Positions 19,786 through 28,593 of a stretch of 64,000 nucleotides of DNA are shown piece after piece. Within the stretch, counting starts at the first letter, position 1; each line of letters begins with the position of its first letter. The DNA is from an uncultured bacterium. GTDB lineage: Bacteria; Krumholzibacteriota; Krumholzibacteriia; LZORAL124-64-63. The stretch is from positions 352,001 through 416,000 of the forward strand of contig CAVSZB010000007.1 of the NCBI GenBank assembly GCA_963732385.1, read 5' to 3'. The position numbers and the translations under genes are program-made. The notes beneath the pieces are model-generated. The model searched no databases. It worked only from the letters and a program-made list of their open reading frames with translations, and was not told where the DNA came from.

Positions 19786-21064
19786 CTATTCGGCCTTCAA
19801 CAACTCCACGCGCCGGTTCTTCGCGCGACCCGCGTCCGTATTGTTGTCGGAGACCGGCATGCTGGGCCCGTAGCCGTTGGCGGTGATACGGCTCGCCGCA
19901 ACGCCGTTGGCGATCAGGTAGTCCCTGACGGACTCGGCGCGCGCCTGCGAGAGCTTCTTGTTCAGGGCCGCGCTGCCGCGGCTGTCGGTGTGACCTTGGA
20001 CCTCGATCATCAATTCGGGGTAGGCCCTCAGGCTCTCGGCCACCCGGTCCAGGGTCGCGCGCGACTCGGGCCTGAGCTCAGCCTGGTTCGTTTCGAAGTT
20101 CACGCCCTCGAGAATGACGTTCTTCTTGCCCTCCTCGAAGACCTTCGGGCAACCGTTCGCGTCCACCGGCGTGCCGATGGGCGTGTTCGGGCACTTGTCC
20201 CGGGGATCGAAGACGCCGTCTCCGTCGCTGTCGACAGGCACGGGGCAGCCGGTGGCGTCGACCCGCGTGCCCTTGGGCGTGTTCGGGCACTTGTCCTGGG
20301 GATCGAAGACGCCGTCGCCGTCGCTGTCGACAGGCACGGGGCAGCCGCTGGCGTCCACCAGGGTACCGGCCGGAGTGTCCGGGCACTTGTCGAGGACGTC
20401 GGATACGCCGTCGTGGTCGCCGTCTTCGATGATCCGGCAGCCCTTGGCGTCGACCCTGAGGCCGCGCGGCGTGTCGGGGCACATGTCCAGCTTGTCAGAC
20501 ACGCCATCCCTGTCACTGTCCCTGGGCGTGCCGCCGAAGAGCCAGCTCACGCCGGCCTGGAGGCCGAAGTCCCCCACCGCGGTCTGCGCGCCGCTGTTGA
20601 GTGTCCGGTGGAGCCGGTCCACCGTACCCTCCAGCCGCAGCGACACGCGGTCGCCGGCCTTGAGCCGGAGGCCGGCCAGCGCGTCCAGGCCGTTGCCCTG
20701 CGCGTCGAAGTCGCCGCCGTACTTGATGTGGGTAAAACCGGCGCCGAGCAGCAGAGCGAGGTTCTCCGTGAGCGGAGCGTTCCAGACGAGCCGCGCGGTC
20801 AGCGGCACGACGTTCGCCGTGAGCCCGCTCGTGTGGTCGACCTGGGAGTAAGCCGCAGCCGCCTCGAGCTCGAGGTTGCGCAGGACGAAGAGGCCGAGAC
20901 GACCGCCGCCGCCCGCCCAGTTGTCTTCGAGCTGCGTCTCGATAGCCCCACATCCAGCCTCTCCAGAACAGTCCGCCCTCCACCGTGCCGGGGTCCTGGG
21001 CGAGCGCGGGCACCGCGGTCATGATGACCGTCAGCGCCAGCAGTGTCTGCATCCTGACGCGCAT
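19786..21064 (-). pseudogene. OmpA-family protein (N-terminal barrel, thrombospondin type-3-like repeats, OmpA C-terminal domain) with one frameshift near 20940-20970
   Basis: AAGGAGG RBS and signal peptide at 21064 are in one frame; ETQLEDNWAGGGGRLGLF onward, DSDGDGV..D.CP repeats and GHTD...LSQARA...KNRRVE are in another. Confidence 0.8.
20148..20521 (-). repeat. Four intragenic TSP3-like Ca-binding repeats (~96-nt period)
   Basis: DxDxDGVxDxxDxCPxTPxGxxVDAxGC four times; GTCGACAGGCACGGGGCAGCCG recurs 96 nt apart. Confidence 0.85.
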
Positions 21065-21574
21065 GGCAACCTCCTTGGCGTGCGTGATCCCTCCGCCCCG
21101 CAGCCGGATCCCGCCCCTTGCGGATCAGGGTCGGGGTCCGATTCGAACCTGAAAAGCATACTCACGATGACCAGAACCGCCCGCTCGCGATTGCGCAACT
21201 GCATGATGATTGGCGAGGAGGCTCGGCTGACGAGGGGAGTTCCGACATACAGTTGCGCTGTGCGAGCGAAGGCGGAAAAGGCCGGGGCGATGGGGCTCGA
21301 AAATTTCGCTCCGCTCAGATCACTGTCCCAACGCCCCGACCGCTGACACGACCGCGAGGTGAGAGCGAAAGGAGCGTCGACCGTCCTCCCCTCCGTCGGG
21401 AACAGCGTGGCCACGGTCCGGAGAGCTCGCCATCCTTACCTGGCTCCCGCAAGTTGTTGCCAGGCGGTAGGCAAGGGGGTGTTTGGCGCTCGACGACGGC
21501 GCAGTATTTATGATATTATTATTCGTTCGTCATGACAAAAAACCTTGGAACCTCCCATTTCCTTGGAGGAACGC

Positions 21575-24500
21575 ATGTCGAAGCGACTGCGTCATTTCTG
21601 TGCGTGCATCATGTTTTCGCTCTTGGCATTGCTGCCGTCGATCGCCGGCGCCATGGGCCCGTCGCTGACGCTGCATGAGGATTTCACCACCACGCTGTAC
21701 AAGGACGCCGCGGCCACGACCGCGCTCTGGAGCACGGCCACCGGCGAGCTGAAGCTGACGCCGTTCGCGGCGGCGCGGCTGGGCAGTTATGCCGAGACCG
21801 GGTATGCCAAAGGGGTGGCGCTGGCGGGGAACGTGGCGTGCATCGCCTCCTCCACGCTCGGCCTGCTCACCATCGACATCAGCAATCCCGCCACGCCGGT
21901 TCTTCTGGGAAAGTGCGCCACCGAGGGCACGCCGCTGGGGGTCGCCGTGTCGGGCACGACGGCCTACGTGGCGCTCGGCGCGGGGGGGCTGGCCATCATC
22001 GACATCGCCCACCCCACGGCGCCGGCGTCGCTCGGACAGTACGTCACCGCGGACCTCGCGTACGGCGTGGCCGTGGCCGGACGGCTGGCCTACGTGGCCA
22101 CCATGGGGTACGGGCTGACGATCCTGGACGTGAGCAATCCCGCCGCGCCGACGCTGGTGGGCCACATCGAGCCGCTCGACCGCGCTCTCGCCGTGGCGGT
22201 GGACGGCGACTACGCCTACGTGGCCGACTATCGCGCCGGGCTGACGGCGATCGACGTGAGCGATCCGGCCGCGCCGGTGCGCCGGCGCAGCGTCGAGGCC
22301 AGCGAGCCGGCGACCGGAGTGGCGATGGCCGGCAACCTGGTGGCCCTGACCGTCGGCACGGGTGGTCTTCAACTGTACGACGTGACCTCGGCCGGGGAGC
22401 CGGTGGCGCGCGGCCGCCTCACGCTCGATGGCTCCGCCACCGGCGTCGCGCTGCACGGCGAACTGGCGTTCGTCACGACGACGACGCCTTCGCTCTGCGC
22501 GGTCGACCTGAGCGATCCCGACGCGCCGGCGCTCAAGTACAGCTTCCGTCTCGACGAGCCGGGACGCGGCGTGGCGATGGCCGGGGACCTGGCCTGGGTG
22601 GCGGCCGACCTGGCCGGCCTGGTGGCGGTCCGCGTGGCCGACACGTCGGCGATGCCGGACCAGGTCGGTGGCGCGGTGGACTTCGACCTGATCCACTATT
22701 CGCGCGGCGCGGCGATCGTGGGCGACCTGGCCTGCGTGGCGGCGCAACCGACGGGACTGGTGACCGTGTCGCTGGCCGATCCGGCCGCGGTGGCGGTGCT
22801 CGGATACATCGCCACGCCGGGCGAGGCCGTCGCCGTGGCCGTGGCCGGCGACCTGGCCTGCGTGGCGGACAGCCTGGCCGGCCTGTGCACCATCAGCATC
22901 GCCACGCCCGCCGCTCCCGTGGCGCTGGGCGGCTACGACACGCCGGGTCAGGCGGTCGACGTGGCGCTGGCGGGCGACGTGGCGTGCGTGGCCGACGGCA
23001 CGGGCGGCCTGAGGCTGGTCAACGTGGCGAGCCCCGCCGCGCCGGCGTTCCTGGGCGCCTGCGCCCTGCCGGGCGCGGCCAACGCCGTGGCGGTGGCCGG
23101 CAATTACGCCTGCGTGACGGACGGCGCGCTGCGCGTGGTCAACATCGCCAACCCGGCCGCGCCGGTCCTCGTCGGCAGCTACACCGGTCTGGGCGGCGCG
23201 GCGCGCGGCGTGGCCGTGGCCGGCAGCGTGGCCTGGGTCACCGCCGGCGCCGTCGGCGTGTACGCCATCGACATCCACAACCCGGCCGCGCCGGCGCTGC
23301 TGGGCGCCTACCCCGCGCTGCCCAACCGGTTGTACTGGTCGCCCCGGCTGTACGGCGCGCGCCTGCTGGTGCTGTCGAGATATGTCGGGGCCAGCAACGT
23401 CGATCTGCTGACCTTCGACGCGGCCAGCCCGCTCGCTCCCGTGCTGCTGACGAGCGTTGCGACGTACCATAGCACGAGCAACGGCCTGGCCGTGGGCGGC
23501 GACATCGCCCTGCTCACCACGGGGATTCCCGTTCCCAACACCTCGGGCGGGGTCGCGACCTTCCAGCTCGCGCAGAGCGACGTCAGCGGCGCGCACCAGG
23601 GCGTGGGCGCTTCGCTGAACGTGCTGGGCGACCCGCCGCCGTACATCGTGCGGTCGCGTTTCACCGCCGAGCAGGCGGGCGACGTGGAGTGGGACGTGGA
23701 CTTCGGGGCATTCCCGCGCGACATCATGCCCAACGGCACCTGGTTCCCGTGCGAGGCCGCCGACAGCCTGACCTGGAAGGCGAGCCTGCGCTGGGACCGC
23801 GCCAACCCGACCGTGACCGACCTGCGCATCGACTGGCGCCTGCGCGAGGCGCGCATCGATTCCATCGTGGACATCCCCCGCGATCAGGGGGGCTGGGTCA
23901 ATCTGTACTTCACGGCGTCGGGCTACGACTACCCGAGCATGAGCCAGCAGATCGCCGGCTACACCGTCTACCGCGAGGTGGAGAACAAGCTTCTGGCCGC
24001 CAGCGTTCTCGCCGCGCGCGACCGGCTGCCCGCGCCCCCCAAGGGGGGCGAAGCGACCGTCGAGCTCGACGGCGTGACCTATCTCGTCACCGACGGCCCC
24101 GACAAGGCGGTCCCCGCCGGCGTCTGGAGCATCATCACCAGCTTCTACGCCACGCGCCAGGACCAGTACGTGGTGACCGTGCCCACCGTCGCCGACGACG
24201 GCCCCGACGGCACGGCCTGGACGAAGTTCTACGTGGCGGCCCACACCACCACGCTCGGCCAGTTCTACGCCAGCCTCGCCGACAGCGGCCACTCCATCGA
24301 CAACATCGCCCCCGGCGTGCCCGCCGGCCTGACCGTCACCTACGCCAGCGCCGCCACCGAACTGACCTGGCTGCCGGCCCCGGAAGATGACTTCCAGTAC
24401 TACCGCGTCTACCGCGGCACGACGCCGGACTTCACGCCGGACGCGCAGACGCTCATCCAGGCCACCGCCGCGACGAGCTGGACCGACCCGATCGCCGAGC

Positions 24501-24886
24501 CGTGGCTCTACAACTACAAGCTGACCGTCGTGGACGCCGCCGGCAACGAGAGCGATGCCGCCGCGCCGCTCAGCGTGACCGGGGCCGATGGCACGACCGT
24601 GCCGAGCGCCTTCGCCCTGCGCGGGGCGAGTCCGAACCCGTTCAATCCCGCCACCACGATCAGCTATGACGTCCCCCAGAGCGCAGCCCCGCTCCGCCTG
24701 GCGATCTACGACGCGCGCGGTCGCCTGTTGCGCACCCTGGCCGATGGCGTCCAGTCCCCCGGCCGCCACGCGGTCCGCTGGGACGGGCGTGACGAACGTG
24801 GGCGCGCGGTGCCGACGGGCATTTACTTCTGCCGGCTGTTGGCGGGTGGTCATGCCCAGAGCCTGAAGATGAGTCTGGTGCAGTAG
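21575..24886 (+). CDS. Secreted LVIVD-repeat beta-propeller protein with FN3-like and FlgD-Ig/T9SS-like C-terminal domains
   Basis: GGAGG RBS, signal peptide, about 13 repeats of GVAVAGxxAYVA...GLxxxDVSxPAAP, DNIAPGVP, SPNPFNP...WDGRD...GIYF. Confidence 0.88.
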   Translation: MSKRLRHFCACIMFSLLALLPSIAGAMGPSLTLHEDFTTTLYKDAAATTALWSTATGELKLTPFAAARLGSYAETGYAKGVALAGNVACIASSTLGLLTIDISNPATPVLLGKCATEGTPLGVAVSGTTAYVALGAGGLAIIDIAHPTAPASLGQYVTADLAYGVAVAGRLAYVATMGYGLTILDVSNPAAPTLVGHIEPLDRALAVAVDGDYAYVADYRAGLTAIDVSDPAAPVRRRSVEASEPATGVAMAGNLVALTVGTGGLQLYDVTSAGEPVARGRLTLDGSATGVALHGELAFVTTTTPSLCAVDLSDPDAPALKYSFRLDEPGRGVAMAGDLAWVAADLAGLVAVRVADTSAMPDQVGGAVDFDLIHYSRGAAIVGDLACVAAQPTGLVTVSLADPAAVAVLGYIATPGEAVAVAVAGDLACVADSLAGLCTISIATPAAPVALGGYDTPGQAVDVALAGDVACVADGTGGLRLVNVASPAAPAFLGACALPGAANAVAVAGNYACVTDGALRVVNIANPAAPVLVGSYTGLGGAARGVAVAGSVAWVTAGAVGVYAIDIHNPAAPALLGAYPALPNRLYWSPRLYGARLLVLSRYVGASNVDLLTFDAASPLAPVLLTSVATYHSTSNGLAVGGDIALLTTGIPVPNTSGGVATFQLAQSDVSGAHQGVGASLNVLGDPPPYIVRSRFTAEQAGDVEWDVDFGAFPRDIMPNGTWFPCEAADSLTWKASLRWDRANPTVTDLRIDWRLREARIDSIVDIPRDQGGWVNLYFTASGYDYPSMSQQIAGYTVYREVENKLLAASVLAARDRLPAPPKGGEATVELDGVTYLVTDGPDKAVPAGVWSIITSFYATRQDQYVVTVPTVADDGPDGTAWTKFYVAAHTTTLGQFYASLADSGHSIDNIAPGVPAGLTVTYASAATELTWLPAPEDDFQYYRVYRGTTPDFTPDAQTLIQATAATSWTDPIAEPWLYNYKLTVVDAAGNESDAAAPLSVTGADGTTVPSAFALRGASPNPFNPATTISYDVPQSAAPLRLAIYDARGRLLRTLADGVQSPGRHAVRWDGRDERGRAVPTGIYFCRLLAGGHAQSLKMSLVQ

Positions 24887-24888
24887 GA

Positions 24889-26235
24889 TCAGCTAGTCGC
24901 TGGCGCGGCGAGCAGCCATTCGTACGCGGGCAGTACGGTGATGCCGGGGGGCGTTTCGGCGGGAGCCCCGTCACGGGTCAGCGTCAGCAGTCGTCGGCGC
25001 GCGCCCGGGTACATCTTCCCCGCCTCGATGAGCGCCCGGAACTCCCGCTCGGCGGTCGCGGGATCGCTGGCGTCGGCGCATACCTGAATGAGCTCCAGGT
25101 CTCCGTCCGTGTCGCGCGCCAGAAAGTCCACTTCGTACCCGGCCGGTGTACGCACGTAGGTGACGGCGCAGCGCCGCCGCTCGAGCTCGATGAGCACCGC
25201 CGTTTCCAGGGCGTGGCCACTGTTGGCGCGCCCGCTGCGATCGAACACGGCGATCAGCGCCGGATCCACCGGATATGCCTTGCGCGGATTGACCATCCGC
25301 TGGCGCTCCGAGGTCGAGTCCATCCAGACCAGCCGCACCAGGAAGCAGTCTTCGAGGTGGGCGAGCAACTGGTGCACGGTGTCCTTGGAAATCGCCATGC
25401 CCTGACTCTTCAGAGCGGCGTAGAACTTCTCGACGCTGAAGTGCGCGGCCGCGTTGCCGAGCAGGTGACGCACCAGCCAGCGCAGCCCTATCACCTGGCT
25501 CACTCCGTGGCGCTCCACCACATCGCGCAGCATGGCCACGTCCACGTAGTCGCGCAGCAACTGCTGCCGCGAGGCGCCGTCGAGTCCCTGGGCCTCGGGG
25601 AATCCGCCGGTGGCGAGCCAGTCCCTGAACGCACGCTCCAGGCCCGCGCGCTCGGCGCCGGTGACGAAGGCCGGGTCCGCCGGGACCGCCTGGCCCCGAT
25701 GGTGCAGCGCTTCGGCGAAGCTGAACGGGTAGAGCGCCACTTCCCAGGCGCGTCCGCGCAGCGCGGTGGCGATTTCGCGGGACAACAACGCGGCCGAAGA
25801 CCCGGTCACGATCACTTCGCAGCCGCCCGCATCCAGCAACCGCCGGACGAAGCGCTCCCAGCCCGGAACGACCTGGATCTCGTCGAAACACCAGGTGACG
25901 CTCGCCTGTTCGTGCGCAGCGGGGAATCGGCGGCCATGCTCTTCCACCAGAAAACCGAGCTGATTCGCCGCCAGCCCCGCAAGCCGCTCGTCCTCGAAGT
26001 TCACGTAGGGCAGTTGTTCACGAGGCGTGCCCCGCCGCAGACGCTCGCGGCGCAATTGGTGCAGGAACGTGGTCTTCCCTACCCGCCGCATGCCGATCAC
26101 GGCGGTGACCTTGCCCGGCAGGCCGGTCGCCCCATGCACCTGTCGCGGCGTCGCCCCCGCCAGCGATCCGGCGAGCGACTCCGCCAGCTTCTCGGTCAGG
26201 GCTTCCTTGAGCTCTCGAGGCAATGCACGCGTCAT
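24889..26235 (-). CDS. AAA+ ATPase (AAA_14) with DUF4143 / nuclease-like C-terminus
   Basis: Walker A GMRRVGKT, Walker B FDEIQ, VTGSS, GGFPE, PRKAYPVD, EVDF...IQVC; RBS AAGGAG. Confidence 0.9.
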   Translation of the reverse strand: MTRALPRELKEALTEKLAESLAGSLAGATPRQVHGATGLPGKVTAVIGMRRVGKTTFLHQLRRERLRRGTPREQLPYVNFEDERLAGLAANQLGFLVEEHGRRFPAAHEQASVTWCFDEIQVVPGWERFVRRLLDAGGCEVIVTGSSAALLSREIATALRGRAWEVALYPFSFAEALHHRGQAVPADPAFVTGAERAGLERAFRDWLATGGFPEAQGLDGASRQQLLRDYVDVAMLRDVVERHGVSQVIGLRWLVRHLLGNAAAHFSVEKFYAALKSQGMAISKDTVHQLLAHLEDCFLVRLVWMDSTSERQRMVNPRKAYPVDPALIAVFDRSGRANSGHALETAVLIELERRRCAVTYVRTPAGYEVDFLARDTDGDLELIQVCADASDPATAEREFRALIEAGKMYPGARRRLLTLTRDGAPAETPPGITVLPAYEWLLAAPATS

Positions 26236-26244
26236 TTGCGGTTA

Positions 26245-26298
26245 TTCTCCTTGTCAGAGGGAGAATATGCGCCATAGTTCTCCCTCTGGCAAGGCGAA
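26245..26298. promoter_or_regulatory. 54-bp inverted repeat containing the AAA+ gene promoter and RBS
   Basis: 21-bp arms matching 19/21 plus TATG/CATA core; minus-strand TTGCCA-N17-CATATT at 26292-26264. Confidence 0.75.
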
Positions 26299-26973
26299 AA
26301 GTCCCGCTATCGCCAGATAGGCTGGGCGGCCCTTAGTGCGCGTCCAAGTCCTGAGAGCCAAGCGCCGGTTTATATAAATGCTGCATCTGCCATTGCTTAT
26401 AAACGCTATGGACGGGGCCTATGCACCGTTGGGGTTACCTCTGTCTTTAGATGGGAACCAGCGCGGCCAACGCTTGGTGCCCTCAAGCCGCGCGAGGCCA
26501 GCTTGCGCAGACGGCCAAGAAGCCCCTGGACCCTTCGCGGGCCAAACCTGTGCACAACCTGAACGAGGTCCGATTGCGGGTTCCCTGCCGGGTCTTCGCA
26601 CAAACGCCGGTTCAGTCGTCGACAATGCCCCATGCACGGGATACGATCAACAGACGAGCATTTCTGACATGTGATCGCGTGTACGCGTTGGGAATCCAAG
26701 TGTCGGCACGCCTCCATCGTGATCATTCATGGCAGCGATAGTCAAGTTCCTGAACAGTCGCCGGGCTGTTGTGACACACCGCCCAATGCGAACAAAGTCC
26801 AATCGCCGGTTCTGCCAGGTCGGCCTGTCGGCCTCCCCCAAACGCAATTAAAGACCATGAGCATGCAATTGAGATGCTGAAGCGAGATATTAAGCTGTGG
26901 CAATATTAGGATTTATGGATTTATGCCCGCGGGGAAGGAAACGCAATCAGCGACTGCACGCAACGCAATCCAG

Positions 26974-27113
26974 CTACAGCTGCAAGCTGACCGTCGTGGA
27001 CGTCGCCGACAGCGAGAGCGACGCCGCCGCCGGCTGCGCACCCAGGCCGAGGGCGCCCAGCCGCCTGGGCGCCACGCGATCCGCTGGGACGGGCGCGACG
27101 ATCGGGGGCGCGC
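26974..27113 (+). pseudogene. Decayed relic of an FN3/FlgD-tail gene 3' end
   Basis: 26974-27030 matches 24508-24564 (51/57 nt); 27035-27113 matches 24729-24807 (68/79 nt). Confidence 0.8.
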
Positions 27114-27160
27114 CCGGATCGATCGTGACGCGTCGCCGCGATACGCAGTAGAATGAACGG

Positions 27161-28117
27161 ATGCTGCCGAAGAGCTACATCGGCCTCACCGATCCGGACT
27201 GGTACCGGTTTCTGTCCGCCCAGCCGCGCGTGGACGAGGTCAATTTCTGGCAACCGCACGGCGGCCGGGCGTTCCGCGCCCTGAATCCAGGCGATCCCTT
27301 CTTTTTCAAACTGCGCGCCCCCCACAAGGCGATCGCCGGCTTCGGCTTTTTCGCGCGCTACGAGTCCCTCCCCGCCTGGCTCGCCTGGGAGTGCTTCGGC
27401 CCGCTGAACGGCGCCCCCGACTTCGACGCCATGCTCGACCGCATCGGTCGCCTCCGCCGCGACGCCTCACCGTCGGATCGCTCCGGCCAGTTCAAGATCG
27501 GCTGCATCATGATCGCCGCCCCCGTCTTCTTCCCCCCCGACGAGTGGGTGCGCCCCCCCACCGACTGGGCCAGGACGGGCATCCAGCAGGGCAAGACCTA
27601 CGACCTCGCCGCCGGCGAAGGCCTGCGCCTCTTCACCGAGTGCGCCGCCCGCGCCAACCGGCCCGACCACTACTGGAACGTCGACCGCGCCCCCGAACTG
27701 GTCGCCGCCGACGCCCCCCGCTACGGCAACGTCATCCCCGTCCGCCCCCGCCTCGGCCAGGGCCTCTTCAGCCTCGCCGTCCGCGACGCCTACGGCCACG
27801 CCTGCGCCGTCACCGGCGAACACTCCGTGCCGGTCCTCGAAGCCGCCCACATCATGCCCTACGGCCAGGGCGGCCAGCACCGCGTGGACAACGGGCTGTT
27901 GCTGAGGAGCGACCTGCACCGGCTGTACGACCGCGGCTACGTGACCGTGACCCCGGACCACGAATTCCGTGTCGGCGACCGGCTGCGGGACGAATTCAAG
28001 AACGGGAAAAGCTATTACGGCCTGAGCGGACAGCGGATCAGGTGCCCGGACACGGCGACGCTGCGGCCGCGGCGGGAATTGCTGGAGTGGCACGGGCGGG
28101 AAGTGTTCAGGGGCTGA
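27161..28117 (+). CDS. HNH endonuclease (putative restriction endonuclease) with distinct N-terminal domain
   Basis: CAVTG...LEAAHIMPY...NGLLLRSDLHRLYDRG; N-terminal TDPDWYRFL...DEVNFWQP...FFFKL. Confidence 0.88.
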   Translation: MLPKSYIGLTDPDWYRFLSAQPRVDEVNFWQPHGGRAFRALNPGDPFFFKLRAPHKAIAGFGFFARYESLPAWLAWECFGPLNGAPDFDAMLDRIGRLRRDASPSDRSGQFKIGCIMIAAPVFFPPDEWVRPPTDWARTGIQQGKTYDLAAGEGLRLFTECAARANRPDHYWNVDRAPELVAADAPRYGNVIPVRPRLGQGLFSLAVRDAYGHACAVTGEHSVPVLEAAHIMPYGQGGQHRVDNGLLLRSDLHRLYDRGYVTVTPDHEFRVGDRLRDEFKNGKSYYGLSGQRIRCPDTATLRPRRELLEWHGREVFRG

Positions 28118-28187
28118 GTCGCACTACCACAAACGCCGGCGCAGCAATTCAGTTGATGCTCGGAAACGACCGCTAGCGTTGGCGCAC

Positions 28188-28388
28188 TCATGCAATGGAG
28201 TCTCCGGCAATCCTGGGGCGGTTCACGCACGCATCCGCGCTTGCGATTGGCGGGCGGCTTTGGGGCGTGGCGGTGTTGGCTTTGGGCGGTCCAGTCTGCG
28301 CCGCTGGCCGAGGCTTGGAGCGAAGACTCAGAATTTCGACCACCACGAGCAGCAGAATGCCAATGATCCACAAGGCCCTGGTCCGCAT
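28188..28388 (-). CDS. Small hypothetical membrane-anchored protein (66 aa)
   Basis: GGAGG RBS before MRTRALWIIGILLLVVVEILSL; Pro/Ala-rich tail. Confidence 0.5.
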   Translation of the reverse strand: MRTRALWIIGILLLVVVEILSLRSKPRPAAQTGPPKANTATPQSRPPIASADACVNRPRIAGDSIA

Positions 28389-28593
28389 TGCCCTTTCCTC
28401 CGGCGGCTTCTGCCACGCTGGATGATCGCATGGCGACCGCCCGCCGTACCAGCGCAACCCTACGGGCGGGACCGACGCGGCGGCGCCGCCCCTGCCGGCG
28501 CGCTCGGGGGGTGGACCCTGTTAGCTTGACACCGGCTCCGCGCCAGAATCTCTCCGCGTTGTTAGCCGGGCGTTAGCCCGCCTCCACCTCACC

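Noticed and set aside
16948..21024. 1358-aa plus-strand ORF, and similar long ORFs at 21530-24853(-), 41334-43880(+), 43890-46760(+), 50023-52260(+), 60769-62967(+)
   Set aside because: Antisense shadows of well-supported genes; high GC suppresses stop codons and the translations carry no motifs
21065..21574. Riboswitch in the 510-bp divergent intergenic region
   Set aside because: Some hairpins are present but no recognisable aptamer consensus; would need an Rfam scan
16700..23570. Periodic repeats as a possible CRISPR array
   Set aside because: They are protein-coding propeller, TSP3 and LVIVD repeats with no repeat-spacer structure and no cas genes
26974..27113. Diversity-generating retroelement TR/VR pair with the LVIVD gene 3' end
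   Set aside because: Mismatches are not adenine-specific, the copy has an internal deletion, and no reverse transcriptase is present
28519..28580. Three GTTAGC motifs resembling integron attC cores or the XRE operator half-site
   Set aside because: No paired inverse core or attC hairpin, no integron integrase, and the motif is too short to be significant
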